From Chitinophagaceae bacterium (GTDB lineage: Bacteria; Bacteroidota; Bacteroidia; Chitinophagales; Chitinophagaceae): a DNA stretch of 40,233 nucleotides. This document shows positions 17,295 through 25,674 of this stretch, in pieces (position 1 is the first letter of the stretch; each line of letters starts with the position of its first letter). Position numbers and translations under genes: made by a program. The DNA is taken from positions 1 to 40,233 of the forward strand of contig JAICPX010000001.1 in assembly GCA_025929635.1 (NCBI GenBank), given 5' to 3'. The notes beneath the pieces were generated by a model. The model worked only from the letters and a program-made list of their open reading frames with translations, did no database searches and was not told where the DNA came from.

Positions 17295-18602
17295 TTACTT
17301 TGTTCTTTTTATATCAGCACCAAGAGCTCTCAATCGCTCATCGATATTCTGATAACCTCTGTCAATCTGTTCAATGTTTTGAATAATACTTGTTCCTTCA
17401 GCACTCAATGCAGCGATCAATAAGGCAACACCTGCACGGATATCAGGGCTGCTCATTCTTATTCCACGCAGCTTTTGTTTTCTTTCCAGGCCGATCACAA
17501 CTGCACGATGCGGATCACATAAAATGATCTGTGCTCCCATGTCGATCAGCTTGTCAACAAAAAACAAACGGCTTTCAAACATCTTCTGATGAATAAGCAC
17601 ACTTCCTTTTGCCTGTATGGCTGTAACCAAAACGATACTCAACAGGTCCGGTGTAAAGCCTGGCCAGGGATGATCATAGATGGTGAGGACGCCTCCATCA
17701 AAATAGCGATGAACTTCATAAACCTCTTGTTCCGGGATATGAATACTGTCGTCGCCGCTTAAATTCATTTGAATTCCCAACTGCTGAAACTTTTCCGGAA
17801 TAATCCCAAGATGTCTGATCCCCGCGTTTTTTATCGTGACATCGCTTTGTGTCATGGCAGCAAGACCGATAAAAGATCCCACTTCGATCATATCCGGCAG
17901 CATAGTATGGGTGGTTCCACTGAGATAATCAACACCATCAACAGAGATCATATTGCTGCCAACACCACTGATCCTGGCTCCCATGCTGATCAGCATTTTA
18001 CATAATTGCTGAATATAGGGTTCACAAGCTGCGTTATAAATGGTTGTAGTTCCTTTTGCCATCACTGCCGCCATGAGAATATTTGCAGTACCCGTTACTG
18101 AAGGTTCATCCAGCAATAAATTGGTCCCTTTGAGATTTGGTGCCACCAAATGAAAGAAACCGTCTTCTTCATGATAAGTGAATTCTGCCCCCAGCTTTTC
18201 GAAACCAACCACATGGGTATCGAGTCTTCTTCTTCCAATTTTATCACCACCGGGTTTTGGAATAAAAGCTTTTCTGAATCTTGAGAGCATGGGGCCTGCG
18301 AACATCACCGATCCGCGAAGTCTCCCACTTTTTTTTCTGAATGTTTCACTATGCAAATAATCTATGTCGACATCGTTTGCCTGGAATGTACATTCGGACC
18401 TTTGCGATCTTTCGATCTTTACATTCATATCGGCAAGCAATTCGATCAGCAGGTTCACATCGAGTATGTCGGGAATATTTGTGATGGTGATTTTTTCTGG
18501 AGTTAGCAGCACCGCGCTGATTACTTGCAACGCTTCATTCTTTGCACCCTGGGGGGTGATCTCCCCTTTTAGCTTTTTACCACCTTGTACTTCAAAATAC
18601 AT
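17295..18602 (-). CDS. murA: UDP-N-acetylglucosamine 1-carboxyvinyltransferase
   Basis: 435 aa. Contains GAKNEALQVISAVLLT and GGDKIGRRRLDTH. Full-length similarity to MurA recognised by eye. Confidence 0.9.
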   Translation of the reverse strand: MYFEVQGGKKLKGEITPQGAKNEALQVISAVLLTPEKITITNIPDILDVNLLIELLADMNVKIERSQRSECTFQANDVDIDYLHSETFRKKSGRLRGSVMFAGPMLSRFRKAFIPKPGGDKIGRRRLDTHVVGFEKLGAEFTYHEEDGFFHLVAPNLKGTNLLLDEPSVTGTANILMAAVMAKGTTTIYNAACEPYIQQLCKMLISMGARISGVGSNMISVDGVDYLSGTTHTMLPDMIEVGSFIGLAAMTQSDVTIKNAGIRHLGIIPEKFQQLGIQMNLSGDDSIHIPEQEVYEVHRYFDGGVLTIYDHPWPGFTPDLLSIVLVTAIQAKGSVLIHQKMFESRLFFVDKLIDMGAQIILCDPHRAVVIGLERKQKLRGIRMSSPDIRAGVALLIAALSAEGTSIIQNIEQIDRGYQNIDERLRALGADIKRTK

Positions 18603-18609
18603 CTTATTT

Positions 18610-18636
18610 GTTAATTAGTTTTTTGGTTAATTAGTT
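18610..18636. promoter_or_regulatory. Duplicated GTTAATTAGTT motif / GGTTAA-N4-TTAACC palindrome in murA 5' region
   Basis: GTTAATTAGTT occurs at 18610-18620 and 18626-18636. The second copy is embedded in the palindrome GGTTAATTAGTTAACC (18625-18640), 8-38 nt upstream of the murA ATG. Confidence 0.35.
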
Positions 18637-18695
18637 AACCTCTATAGTCGTCAACTTCTTTGCAAATTAAAGACAATGCAGATCGAACATGTAAT

Positions 18696-18728
18696 AAAAA
18701 ATGGTTGACCAGGATCCCGATCAACCAT
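18696..18728 (-). terminator. Intrinsic terminator
   Basis: ATGGTTGA / TCAACCAT is an 8-bp stem. On the minus strand it is followed by TTTTTTATT, downstream of the DUF4290 stop. Confidence 0.7.
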
Positions 18729-18753
18729 CTAAGTACTTAACCAATATATGTTC

Positions 18754-19443
18754 TCAATATCTTTTCTTTTTAAACCCGCTTCCGCCACCACCGCGGTTGT
18801 CGTGTCTTCTTCCGCCACCGTTCCCGCCGCCACCTCTTTGCTGAAACTTGCCACGTTGCTTTCCATAGCCACCCCTGTCTCTATCGCGATTGTCCTGCTG
18901 TGGACGATAGGCCTTTACAAAAGGTGTATTGGTAAATGTCAGCTGACCATCCGTGATCCCTGTCAATTCACTTTGTATGGCATCATCATGCACCAACTCC
19001 TTATGCCAGTTGTTATATGCCAGCTTCATATAATACGCTATCGCATTCGCAAACCCTAAGCGCTTGTCAGGGTTTTCTTCTTTTAAAGCTTTGTTGATAA
19101 CAACCTCAAGATTTTTTCCCAGGTGAGAAAATTTTGGATAGCGTTTTGGATAATGAAGAGGTTTGGGCTTGCCTTTTAATGTTTCCCTTGTGGGGATGGG
19201 ATAGGGAGATTTTACTTCAAGTTTAAAATCTGAAATCAGAAAAAGATGGTCCCAAAGTTTATGACGGAAGTCTTCAACGTTTTTCAGGTGTGGGTTCAGG
19301 AACCCCATCAATTCGATCACAGTCTGGGCATTACGCTGGCGTCGTTCAGGGTCCTCAATAGTTAGTACATGTTCGATCATCTTTTGGATATGCCTTCCAT
19401 ATTCACGCATAGCCAACTGGTTTCTTGTAGTGTTATATTCCAT
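18754..19443 (-). CDS. DUF4290 domain protein with C-terminal RGG-rich tail
   Basis: 229 aa. N-terminus MEYNTTRNQLAMREYGRHIQKMIEH is typical of DUF4290, and adjacency to murA is conserved in Bacteroidota. The tail reads RDRDRGGYGKQRGKFQQRGGGGNGGGRRHDNRGGGGSGFKKKRY. Confidence 0.7.
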   Translation of the reverse strand: MEYNTTRNQLAMREYGRHIQKMIEHVLTIEDPERRQRNAQTVIELMGFLNPHLKNVEDFRHKLWDHLFLISDFKLEVKSPYPIPTRETLKGKPKPLHYPKRYPKFSHLGKNLEVVINKALKEENPDKRLGFANAIAYYMKLAYNNWHKELVHDDAIQSELTGITDGQLTFTNTPFVKAYRPQQDNRDRDRGGYGKQRGKFQQRGGGGNGGGRRHDNRGGGGSGFKKKRY

Positions 19444-19463
19444 GAATTATGATTAGTGAAGAA

Positions 19464-19471
19464 CAAATGTA
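19464..19471 (-). promoter_or_regulatory. -7 promoter box TAcaTTTG
   Basis: Perfect TAnnTTTG on the minus strand, 21 nt upstream of the DUF4290 ATG and downstream of the 19520-19540 terminator hairpin. Confidence 0.55.
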
Positions 19472-19509
19472 AAAAAAGAGTTCGAGATGCTTAAAAATGA
19501 AAGGAAGGA

Positions 19510-19545
19510 CAAAAAAGAAGGGGCCCCGAACCAAGGCCCCTTTTA
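19510..19545 (-). terminator. Intrinsic terminator in a divergent intergenic region
   Basis: GGGGCC / GGCCCC stem with a 9-nt loop. On the minus strand it is followed by TTCTTTTTTG; on the plus strand only TTTT follows. Confidence 0.7.
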
Positions 19546-19700
19546 CAAGCCACCATCCTCTTCCACCTAAGAGGTCGTTTAATGATCAGAAGTTGATTGA
19601 CGACGGACAGCGGACTCGTTACTTTCTTTACTGCTTTGCATTTTCGCTAGTAACGGCGGTTCTCCATAGGTCAGCACTGGCGTCACACTCTGATCTGCTG
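19546..19700 (-). ncRNA. Candidate small structured RNA (unclassified)
   Basis: Nested inverted repeats: GATCAGA (19584-90) with TCTGATC (19689-95); TGACG (19598-602) with CGTCA (19681-85); CGTTAC (19617-22) with GTAACG (19650-55); CCTCTT (19557-62) with AAGAGG (19569-74). The region ends at the terminator above. No convincing ORF and no match to an RNA family I can recognise. Confidence 0.3.
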
Positions 19701-20062
19701 CAATTATTTTATATATAAAAAAAAGAACTTTTGTAAGAATTTTTCGCTGCTAATAGCAACAAATATGATACCAAGGTGGTTTTATGATTTAATTTATTCC
19801 AATATTTTTTTGGCTAATGAGATCTTTGATTTGAATTAAGTAAATCATATTACAGGGTTTTGGTAATCGTTCCTCTTGCTAATGCCAAATGTAAGTCTAC
19901 CTGCTCTTGATAACAATTGTAAATCTGCCTGCTGTTTTAACTGTTGAAAACCCAGTTTAAAGAGAAAACTTTCCATCAATAATACCGTCATTAAGATGTA
20001 AAAAAAGATTGAAAAATCCGCTAGTAAAATATGTCAAAGTCCATCGCAAAATCCCCTGGGGT

Positions 20063-20070
20063 TACCTTTG
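20063..20070 (+). promoter_or_regulatory. -7 promoter box TAccTTTG
   Basis: Perfect TAnnTTTG ending 6 nt before the ATG at 20077. It overlaps the TTG used as ORF start in the track. Confidence 0.55.
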
Positions 20071-20076
20071 TCGCTT

Positions 20077-21120
20077 ATGAATATTGCTGTCTATGTCCCT
20101 TCAACTTTAAAAAACCCCACGTTAGACTTCGTTGTTGAGACATTTTTTCCCCTTTTTGAACAGCTCCGGGATCATCGATTCATAATAATAACAGATGTAA
20201 GTAAGAATTTCGGGCAACTGCCTCAGGTTGAAACAGTAATCATCAAGACTCAACCTCATAATCCATTATTAAAACGCTTTTGGATCGAAAGAACGTTGAC
20301 AGGATTATTAAAAAAGATCAAAGCTGAAATTTTCATTTCTGCAGATAACTTTTGTTCACTAAGAACTTTATTACCCCAATGCATATTATTACCCGCCTGG
20401 GAAATCATTAAACCCGCTTATGCCAGAAAAGCACAGCTGATCGTAACGAATCAATTGGCAAAAAAAGAAATAATAAACAAATTTAAGATCAACGGTGATA
20501 AGATCTCAATCGTGTATCCTTCCGCGGGTACAAGGTATACGTCCGTTGATGCCGAAAGACGGGAATCAACAAAAAAGGAATACACCGATCGCAAAGAATA
20601 TTTTTTATGCAATAGCAGCTTTCAAAAGCAGCAAGACTTTATAGACCTGGTTAAATCATTTTCATATTTTAAAAAAAGGCAGCAAAGCAATTTCAAATTG
20701 CTGATAATCGGAGCGCAAAACTCTTCATTGGGAAAAAATATAGAGAATTATAAATACCGGGACGACGTCGTAATTGTAAGCCCGGACAGTATTGATGAAA
20801 AAGCCGCGATCATTGCCGCCGCTTATGCAATTGTACTTCCTTTTAATACAGATGAAGATATTTCGTATGCATTTCGTGCAATGCAATCAGGCGTAGCTGT
20901 AATAACGACCAGAGAGTCATCAATAACCGAAATAGCAGGGGATGCTGTTTTATGTTCCGAAAAAGAAATAAAGGCCGTTGCTGAAAAAATGATGCTTTTA
21001 TATAAGGATGAGCTCCTGCGGTCTCAATTGATTGAAAAGGGAATAACGCTTGTAAAAAACTTTACAGTGGAAAAATCCGCCAGGCAGTTGCGGCAATCGA
21101 TTATGAGAGCCATGAATTGA
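20077..21120 (+). CDS. Glycosyltransferase (GT-B fold, family 1/4-like)
   Basis: 347 aa from the ATG at 20077. The C-terminal half (LLIIGAQ..., AAAYAIVLPFNTDEDISYAFRAMQSGVAVITT) resembles GT1/GT4 nucleotide-sugar binding domains. Confidence 0.65.
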   Translation: MNIAVYVPSTLKNPTLDFVVETFFPLFEQLRDHRFIIITDVSKNFGQLPQVETVIIKTQPHNPLLKRFWIERTLTGLLKKIKAEIFISADNFCSLRTLLPQCILLPAWEIIKPAYARKAQLIVTNQLAKKEIINKFKINGDKISIVYPSAGTRYTSVDAERRESTKKEYTDRKEYFLCNSSFQKQQDFIDLVKSFSYFKKRQQSNFKLLIIGAQNSSLGKNIENYKYRDDVVIVSPDSIDEKAAIIAAAYAIVLPFNTDEDISYAFRAMQSGVAVITTRESSITEIAGDAVLCSEKEIKAVAEKMMLLYKDELLRSQLIEKGITLVKNFTVEKSARQLRQSIMRAMN

Positions 21121-21122
21121 AC

Positions 21123-21130
21123 TATTTTTG
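21123..21130 (+). promoter_or_regulatory. -7 promoter box TAttTTTG
   Basis: Perfect TAnnTTTG, 20 nt upstream of the ATG at 21151. Confidence 0.5.
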
Positions 21131-21150
21131 CTGTTTTACAATTAAAGAAA

Positions 21151-21498
21151 ATGAAAACCTCTACAATTTCCATAGATGTTCAATTGAGTGATGAAAAAGT
21201 GCCTGAAGCCATTTTCTGGAGGGCTTCCGATTCAACAATTGAGGACGTGCAAAAGGCAAAGGCGCTGATGCTGGCATTTTGGGATGGAGCAGAAAAAACT
21301 GCCTTGCGTATCGATCTTTGGACAAAGGACATGATGATCGATGAAATGACGGATTTTTTTTACCAGACATTGATGACAATGGCAGATACTTACAATCGTG
21401 CGACACAACATGAGGAGCTGGTTGAGAGCATGAAAAAATTTGCACACGAATTTTATCATCTGTCAAAGGAAAAACAGTTAAAGGAGAATAAGGCATGA
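21151..21498 (+). CDS. gldC: Gliding motility-associated protein GldC-like
   Basis: 115 aa. EKVPEAIFWRASDS and LRIDLWTKDMMIDEM match my recollection of the GldC signature. Not verified by search. Confidence 0.55.
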   Translation: MKTSTISIDVQLSDEKVPEAIFWRASDSTIEDVQKAKALMLAFWDGAEKTALRIDLWTKDMMIDEMTDFFYQTLMTMADTYNRATQHEELVESMKKFAHEFYHLSKEKQLKENKA

Positions 21499-21537
21499 GG
21501 TCTGAGGTCTGAAGTGGGACCTCAGCCTTCCGACTTC
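21497..21537 (+). terminator. Repeat-built hairpin overlapping the gldC stop codon
   Basis: GAGGTCTGAGGTCTGAAGT (tandem GAGGTCT units) pairs with ACCTCAGCCTTCCGACTTC: 16 of 19 positions including 2 G-U pairs, with a GGG loop. The trailing T-run is weak. Confidence 0.45.
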
Positions 21538-21568
21538 CGTTTATTGTGAAACTTCAAAATAAGGGAAC

Positions 21569-22033
21569 ATGAGTCTCGAACAAAAAATAATGACTGAATT
21601 AAAGGCGGCAATGCTTGCAAAAGATGAAAAAGCATTAAGGAGCCTCAGGGCGATCAAAGCTGCAATTCTTTTAGCGAAAACCTCGGAAGGGGCCCCGACG
21701 AGCCGGGGAGAACTAAAAGAAGATGATGAATTAAAATTGTTGCAAAAGCTGGTAAAGCAAAGAAAGGATTCATTGGAAATTTATCAGCAACAAAACAGAA
21801 CGGACCTGGCCCAAAAGGAACAGGAAGAAATTGAGATCATCGAAAAGTTTTTACCCAGACAACTATCAGCTGATGAATTGAAGACAGAAGTTTCAGCGAT
21901 CATCACTGAAGTTGGCGCCACTTCACCTGCTGATATGGGAAAGGTGATGGGTGCAGCCACTAAAAAATTAGCGGGTAAGGCAGACGGTAAAACTATTTCG
22001 GCATTGGTCAGGGAACTTCTCTCAAAAGGCTAA
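21569..22033 (+). CDS. GatB/YqeY domain protein
   Basis: 154 aa. MSLEQKIMTELKAAMLAKDEKALRSLRAIKAAI is the canonical YqeY N-terminus. Confidence 0.8.
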   Translation: MSLEQKIMTELKAAMLAKDEKALRSLRAIKAAILLAKTSEGAPTSRGELKEDDELKLLQKLVKQRKDSLEIYQQQNRTDLAQKEQEEIEIIEKFLPRQLSADELKTEVSAIITEVGATSPADMGKVMGAATKKLAGKADGKTISALVRELLSKG

Positions 22034-22038
22034 ACGTA

Positions 22039-22584
22039 ATGATCATTGATATCATCGTTGTTATTATTCTGATTCTTGCCATTCTTAAAGGATACCGGCA
22101 GGGATTGATTGTTGCACTTTTTTCCGTTATTGCATTTGTCATAGGGCTTGCGGCAGCGCTAAAGCTCTCTGCTGTGGTTGCCGACCATCTTGGAAGGGCC
22201 GTAAAAGTTTCCGATAAATGGCTGCCTATAATTTCCTTTGCAGTAGTTTTTCTAATCGTTGTTTTACTCGTAAGACTCGGAGCAAGGTTTATTCAAAAAA
22301 CCGTTGAGTTCGCCATGCTTGGTTGGCTAAACCGACTGGGCGGAATTTTACTATATGCAGGTTTGTACATTTTAATTTTCAGCATTCTTCTTTTTTATGC
22401 TGATCAATTGGGTTTTATCAAACCCGAAACAAAAAATGGATCTGTCACTTACGGTTATATCCAGCCATGGGGGCCAAAACTGATGGACGGGATAGGTAAG
22501 ATTATCCCGATCTTCAAGGGAATGTTTGAAGACCTTGAAGATTTTTTTGACAGTGTCTCAAAACAAGTGCCGCCAGCAAAGTAA
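22039..22584 (+). CDS. cvpA: CvpA family membrane protein
   Basis: 181 aa. MIIDIIVVIILILAILKGYRQGLI and four TM segments are typical of CvpA. Confidence 0.7.
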   Translation: MIIDIIVVIILILAILKGYRQGLIVALFSVIAFVIGLAAALKLSAVVADHLGRAVKVSDKWLPIISFAVVFLIVVLLVRLGARFIQKTVEFAMLGWLNRLGGILLYAGLYILIFSILLFYADQLGFIKPETKNGSVTYGYIQPWGPKLMDGIGKIIPIFKGMFEDLEDFFDSVSKQVPPAK

Positions 22585-22665
22585 ATTTTAAATTACCGCA
22601 TTCAATTAAGCCTGAACTTTGCAGTAAATCAACTATTTTAGCAAAAATTAATTGCTGAGAAGCTT

Positions 22666-23442
22666 ATGTCTTTCGAGGTAAAACATAAGGATAAGTTCCG
22701 CTTTGTAGAGGAAGGTGAAGGAGAGCCTCTTGTGCTATTGCACGGACTCTTTGGAGCCCTTAGCAATTTTGAACAGCTGATCGAATATTTCCGGCAGCAT
22801 AATAAAGTTGTAGTTCCTATTTTGCCCCTGTTTGAATTGGATATTCTTCACAGTACTGTTGGTGGCCTTGCCAAATTTGTACAGAAATTTCTGGAAGGAA
22901 GGGATTATAAAGACGTTCACTTGCTGGGAAATTCTTTGGGCGGGCATGTTGCGTTAGTTCACGTATTAAAACATCCTGAAAGAGTAAAATCATTGATACT
23001 TACGGGCAGCTCCGGTCTATTCGAGAATGGAATGGGAGACAGCTATCCCAAGCGCGGCGATTACGAATACATAAAAGCAAAAACTGAGCTTACCTTTTAT
23101 GATCCAAAGACGGCTACCAAGGAACTGGTAGATGAAGTGTATGGAATCGTAAATAACCGCATCAAAGCCATCAAGATAATTTCACTCGCCAAGAGCGCCA
23201 TAAGAAATAATTTGGGTGAAGAACTCAATCAAATCAAACTACCAACGTTATTAGTATGGGGGAATAATGACAACATTACTCCACCTTTTGTAGCCAGGGA
23301 GTTCAATAGACTGATACCCAACAGTGAACTGCATTTTATAGATAAATGCGGTCATGCACCCATGATGGAAGTTCCAGATGAATTCAATATCATATTGCAT
23401 AAATTTTTAAAAAAATTGAACGAGCCTGCAACAGTAGCATAG
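22666..23442 (+). CDS. Alpha/beta hydrolase
   Basis: 258 aa with an HGLFG oxyanion region, the nucleophile elbow GNSLGG, and a C-terminal CGHAPMME histidine. Confidence 0.75.
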   Translation: MSFEVKHKDKFRFVEEGEGEPLVLLHGLFGALSNFEQLIEYFRQHNKVVVPILPLFELDILHSTVGGLAKFVQKFLEGRDYKDVHLLGNSLGGHVALVHVLKHPERVKSLILTGSSGLFENGMGDSYPKRGDYEYIKAKTELTFYDPKTATKELVDEVYGIVNNRIKAIKIISLAKSAIRNNLGEELNQIKLPTLLVWGNNDNITPPFVAREFNRLIPNSELHFIDKCGHAPMMEVPDEFNIILHKFLKKLNEPATVA

Positions 23443-23476
23443 CTATTGCTGTCTCTAAATGAAAAGCCGCTGATTC

Positions 23477-24139
23477 ATGTTAACCCGTGAACTCATATCT
23501 CCATCTCTTCCTATTCTTCATTTGAGTGATAAAGTATTTAATGCATTGCAAATGATGAATGATTGCCATGTGTCTCACCTGGCAGTAAGCGAGGAGGGTA
23601 AATATGTTGGCATGGTAAATGAAGAGGGATTAATGCAGGCGCCGGATGATACGGCAGAGATCGGGGAAATGAAAGAAAATTTTCCGACTTTTTTTGTAAA
23701 TGCAAATGATCATTTTCTGAAAGCATTGCAATTGGCTGTAGAAAACCGGCTCAGCGTTATACCTGTAATTGATGAGAATAAGGAGCTGCTTGGCGTGGTA
23801 AGCTATCGCGAGATGCTAAAAAAAGCATCGGAGTTTATGAATGTAAAAGATCCGGGCGGACTAATTGTTTTGGAAATGGAAAACAATAATTACTCTTTTA
23901 GTGAAATAAGCCGGCTTGTGGAAACCAACGATGCTCAAATCACCCAATTGAACTCCTACACAGATCCGCAGACCGGGTTAATGCAGGTAACTATCAAAAT
24001 CAACAAAACAGAGATATCAGATATCGTCGCCACTTTTCAACGCTACGAGTATAATGTCAAATATTATTTTGGTGAAGAATTGTATGAAAATGAACTCCGG
24101 AGTAACTATGATAACCTGATGAATTATCTAAAGCTCTGA
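23477..24139 (+). CDS. CBS domain-containing protein
   Basis: 220 aa with two CBS repeats (HVSHLAVSEEGKYVGMV; LSVIPVIDENKELLGVVS). Its stop overlaps the next ATG (TGATG). Confidence 0.7.
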   Translation: MLTRELISPSLPILHLSDKVFNALQMMNDCHVSHLAVSEEGKYVGMVNEEGLMQAPDDTAEIGEMKENFPTFFVNANDHFLKALQLAVENRLSVIPVIDENKELLGVVSYREMLKKASEFMNVKDPGGLIVLEMENNNYSFSEISRLVETNDAQITQLNSYTDPQTGLMQVTIKINKTEISDIVATFQRYEYNVKYYFGEELYENELRSNYDNLMNYLKL

Positions 24140-25662
24140 TGTTTCTTTTCTATACTGTTCCAATTGCAAAATCCATATCTTACAAAACTGTTTACTTAGC
24201 AGAGCTTATGCAGTGGATGGCGAAATATCAATTAGTAGCTTTTACATTACTTCTGTCTACCGTGGCGATTTATTCACAGCCTGGTTCAGCAGATCATACC
24301 ATCACAGACACTTCCGGTCTTAATTACATCAGGCAGCATCAGCAGGAAAATGTTTTTACAGTAAGAATTATTGCCATCAACGGAAATAGAAAAACAAAAG
24401 AATCGATCATACTTCGTGAACTTCCTTTCAAATCAGGAGATATTTACCAATTGTCAGAGCTGGTGAAAAAATTTGAGATAGCAAGAAAACAATTGATGAA
24501 TACTGCCTTGTTCCATGAAGTTGTTGTTGCGCTGAAAAGCTTTGAGGGGAATAATGTGGATATTGCAATTGACCTGCGGGAAAGATGGTACCTTTTCCCT
24601 ATACCCTATTTTAAAATTGTTGACAGGAACCTCAATCAATGGCTGGTAGAACAAAACGCAAAGCTTAACAGGGTTAACTATGGCATCAAGGTCCTGTACA
24701 ACAACGCTACCGGCCGCAATGACAAGCTCAATGTTTACCTCATCAACGGTTATACCAAACAGCTATCTTTTAGTTATGACAGGCCATATATCGATAAAAA
24801 CATGAAATGGGGATTGAACATAGGGATGGCGCTGGGAAAGAACAGGGAGATAAACTACAACACAATAAATAATAAGCAGGTATTTTATAAGGATACAAAC
24901 AATTTCATTCGCTCATTTTTCAGATCAAACCTGGAACTCACCTACCGCCGGGCAATAAAAACACGACACCGTTTTGGTTTTGGCTATAATGTAGAAAGTG
25001 TGAGCGATACGGTTGTGGCACTTAATCCAACCTATTTTAAGAATGGTAGCGGGCGGATCGCATTTCCCGAGGTGTATTACGTGATGAGCTATTTTGATGT
25101 GGATTATAATCCATACCCGCTGAAAGGTTATATCGTTGACCTCTATTTTTCCAAAAAGGGGTTTAATGATAAGCTAAACTTGTGGCAGCTGAGTGCAAAA
25201 GCAAATGGAAGTTGGGAAATAGCAAATCAAACATATTTTAGTGCAAGGTTGGCAGGTTCCATCAAACTACCTTTCCGGCAGCCCTACTTCAATCAACGAT
25301 TACTTGGGTATAGCGATTTTTTCATGCAGGGTTTTGAATATTATGTGGTGGATGGTGTGGCTGGTGGTTATGCCAAGGCTTTATTGTCAAGAGAGATCGT
25401 AAATGTTTACTTTCATGTGAAAAGAAAGAGAGACGAATTGATGTATAAAGTTCCATTGCGGGCTTATGCAAAAACTTTTGTGAATGCCGGTTACATGTAT
25501 CACCCTGAACCAGGATTGAATACTCTTAATAACCGGATGTTATATTCCTGGGGCGTTGGTCTTGATTTTATCACTCACTATGATTTCACTTTCAAGTTAG
25601 AATGGAGCTTTAACCTGTTAGGTCAAAACGGTATATATTTACACAGGAAGGCCTATTTCTGA
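24139..25662 (+). CDS. POTRA domain-containing BamA/TamA-family outer membrane protein
   Basis: A single POTRA-like segment (IIAINGNRKTKESIILRELPFKSGDIY) is followed by a beta-barrel-like alternating pattern with an aromatic C-terminus. The true start may be an internal ATG at 24208 or 24217, ahead of the signal peptide. Confidence 0.6.
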   Translation: MFLFYTVPIAKSISYKTVYLAELMQWMAKYQLVAFTLLLSTVAIYSQPGSADHTITDTSGLNYIRQHQQENVFTVRIIAINGNRKTKESIILRELPFKSGDIYQLSELVKKFEIARKQLMNTALFHEVVVALKSFEGNNVDIAIDLRERWYLFPIPYFKIVDRNLNQWLVEQNAKLNRVNYGIKVLYNNATGRNDKLNVYLINGYTKQLSFSYDRPYIDKNMKWGLNIGMALGKNREINYNTINNKQVFYKDTNNFIRSFFRSNLELTYRRAIKTRHRFGFGYNVESVSDTVVALNPTYFKNGSGRIAFPEVYYVMSYFDVDYNPYPLKGYIVDLYFSKKGFNDKLNLWQLSAKANGSWEIANQTYFSARLAGSIKLPFRQPYFNQRLLGYSDFFMQGFEYYVVDGVAGGYAKALLSREIVNVYFHVKRKRDELMYKVPLRAYAKTFVNAGYMYHPEPGLNTLNNRMLYSWGVGLDFITHYDFTFKLEWSFNLLGQNGIYLHRKAYF

Positions 25663-25674
25663 TCCTCCGCATTT

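Noticed and set aside
19497-19718. 73-aa plus-strand ORF in the divergent intergenic region.
   Set aside because: It runs straight through the GC hairpin terminator and the nested inverted repeats, has a low-complexity K/P-rich start, and has no promoter box. The region is better explained as non-coding structured RNA on the minus strand.
19444-20067. Possible replication origin. Gene orientation switches from minus to plus exactly here, and the rpmH-rnpA-yidD cluster, often near oriC, is 16 kb away.
   Set aside because: Reading both strands, I found no TTATCCACA/TGTGGATAA-type DnaA boxes even allowing one mismatch, no dnaA or dnaN, and no obvious AT-rich 13-mer unwinding repeats. A cumulative GC-skew plot of the whole replicon would settle it. 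I would accept the idea only if the skew minimum falls here.
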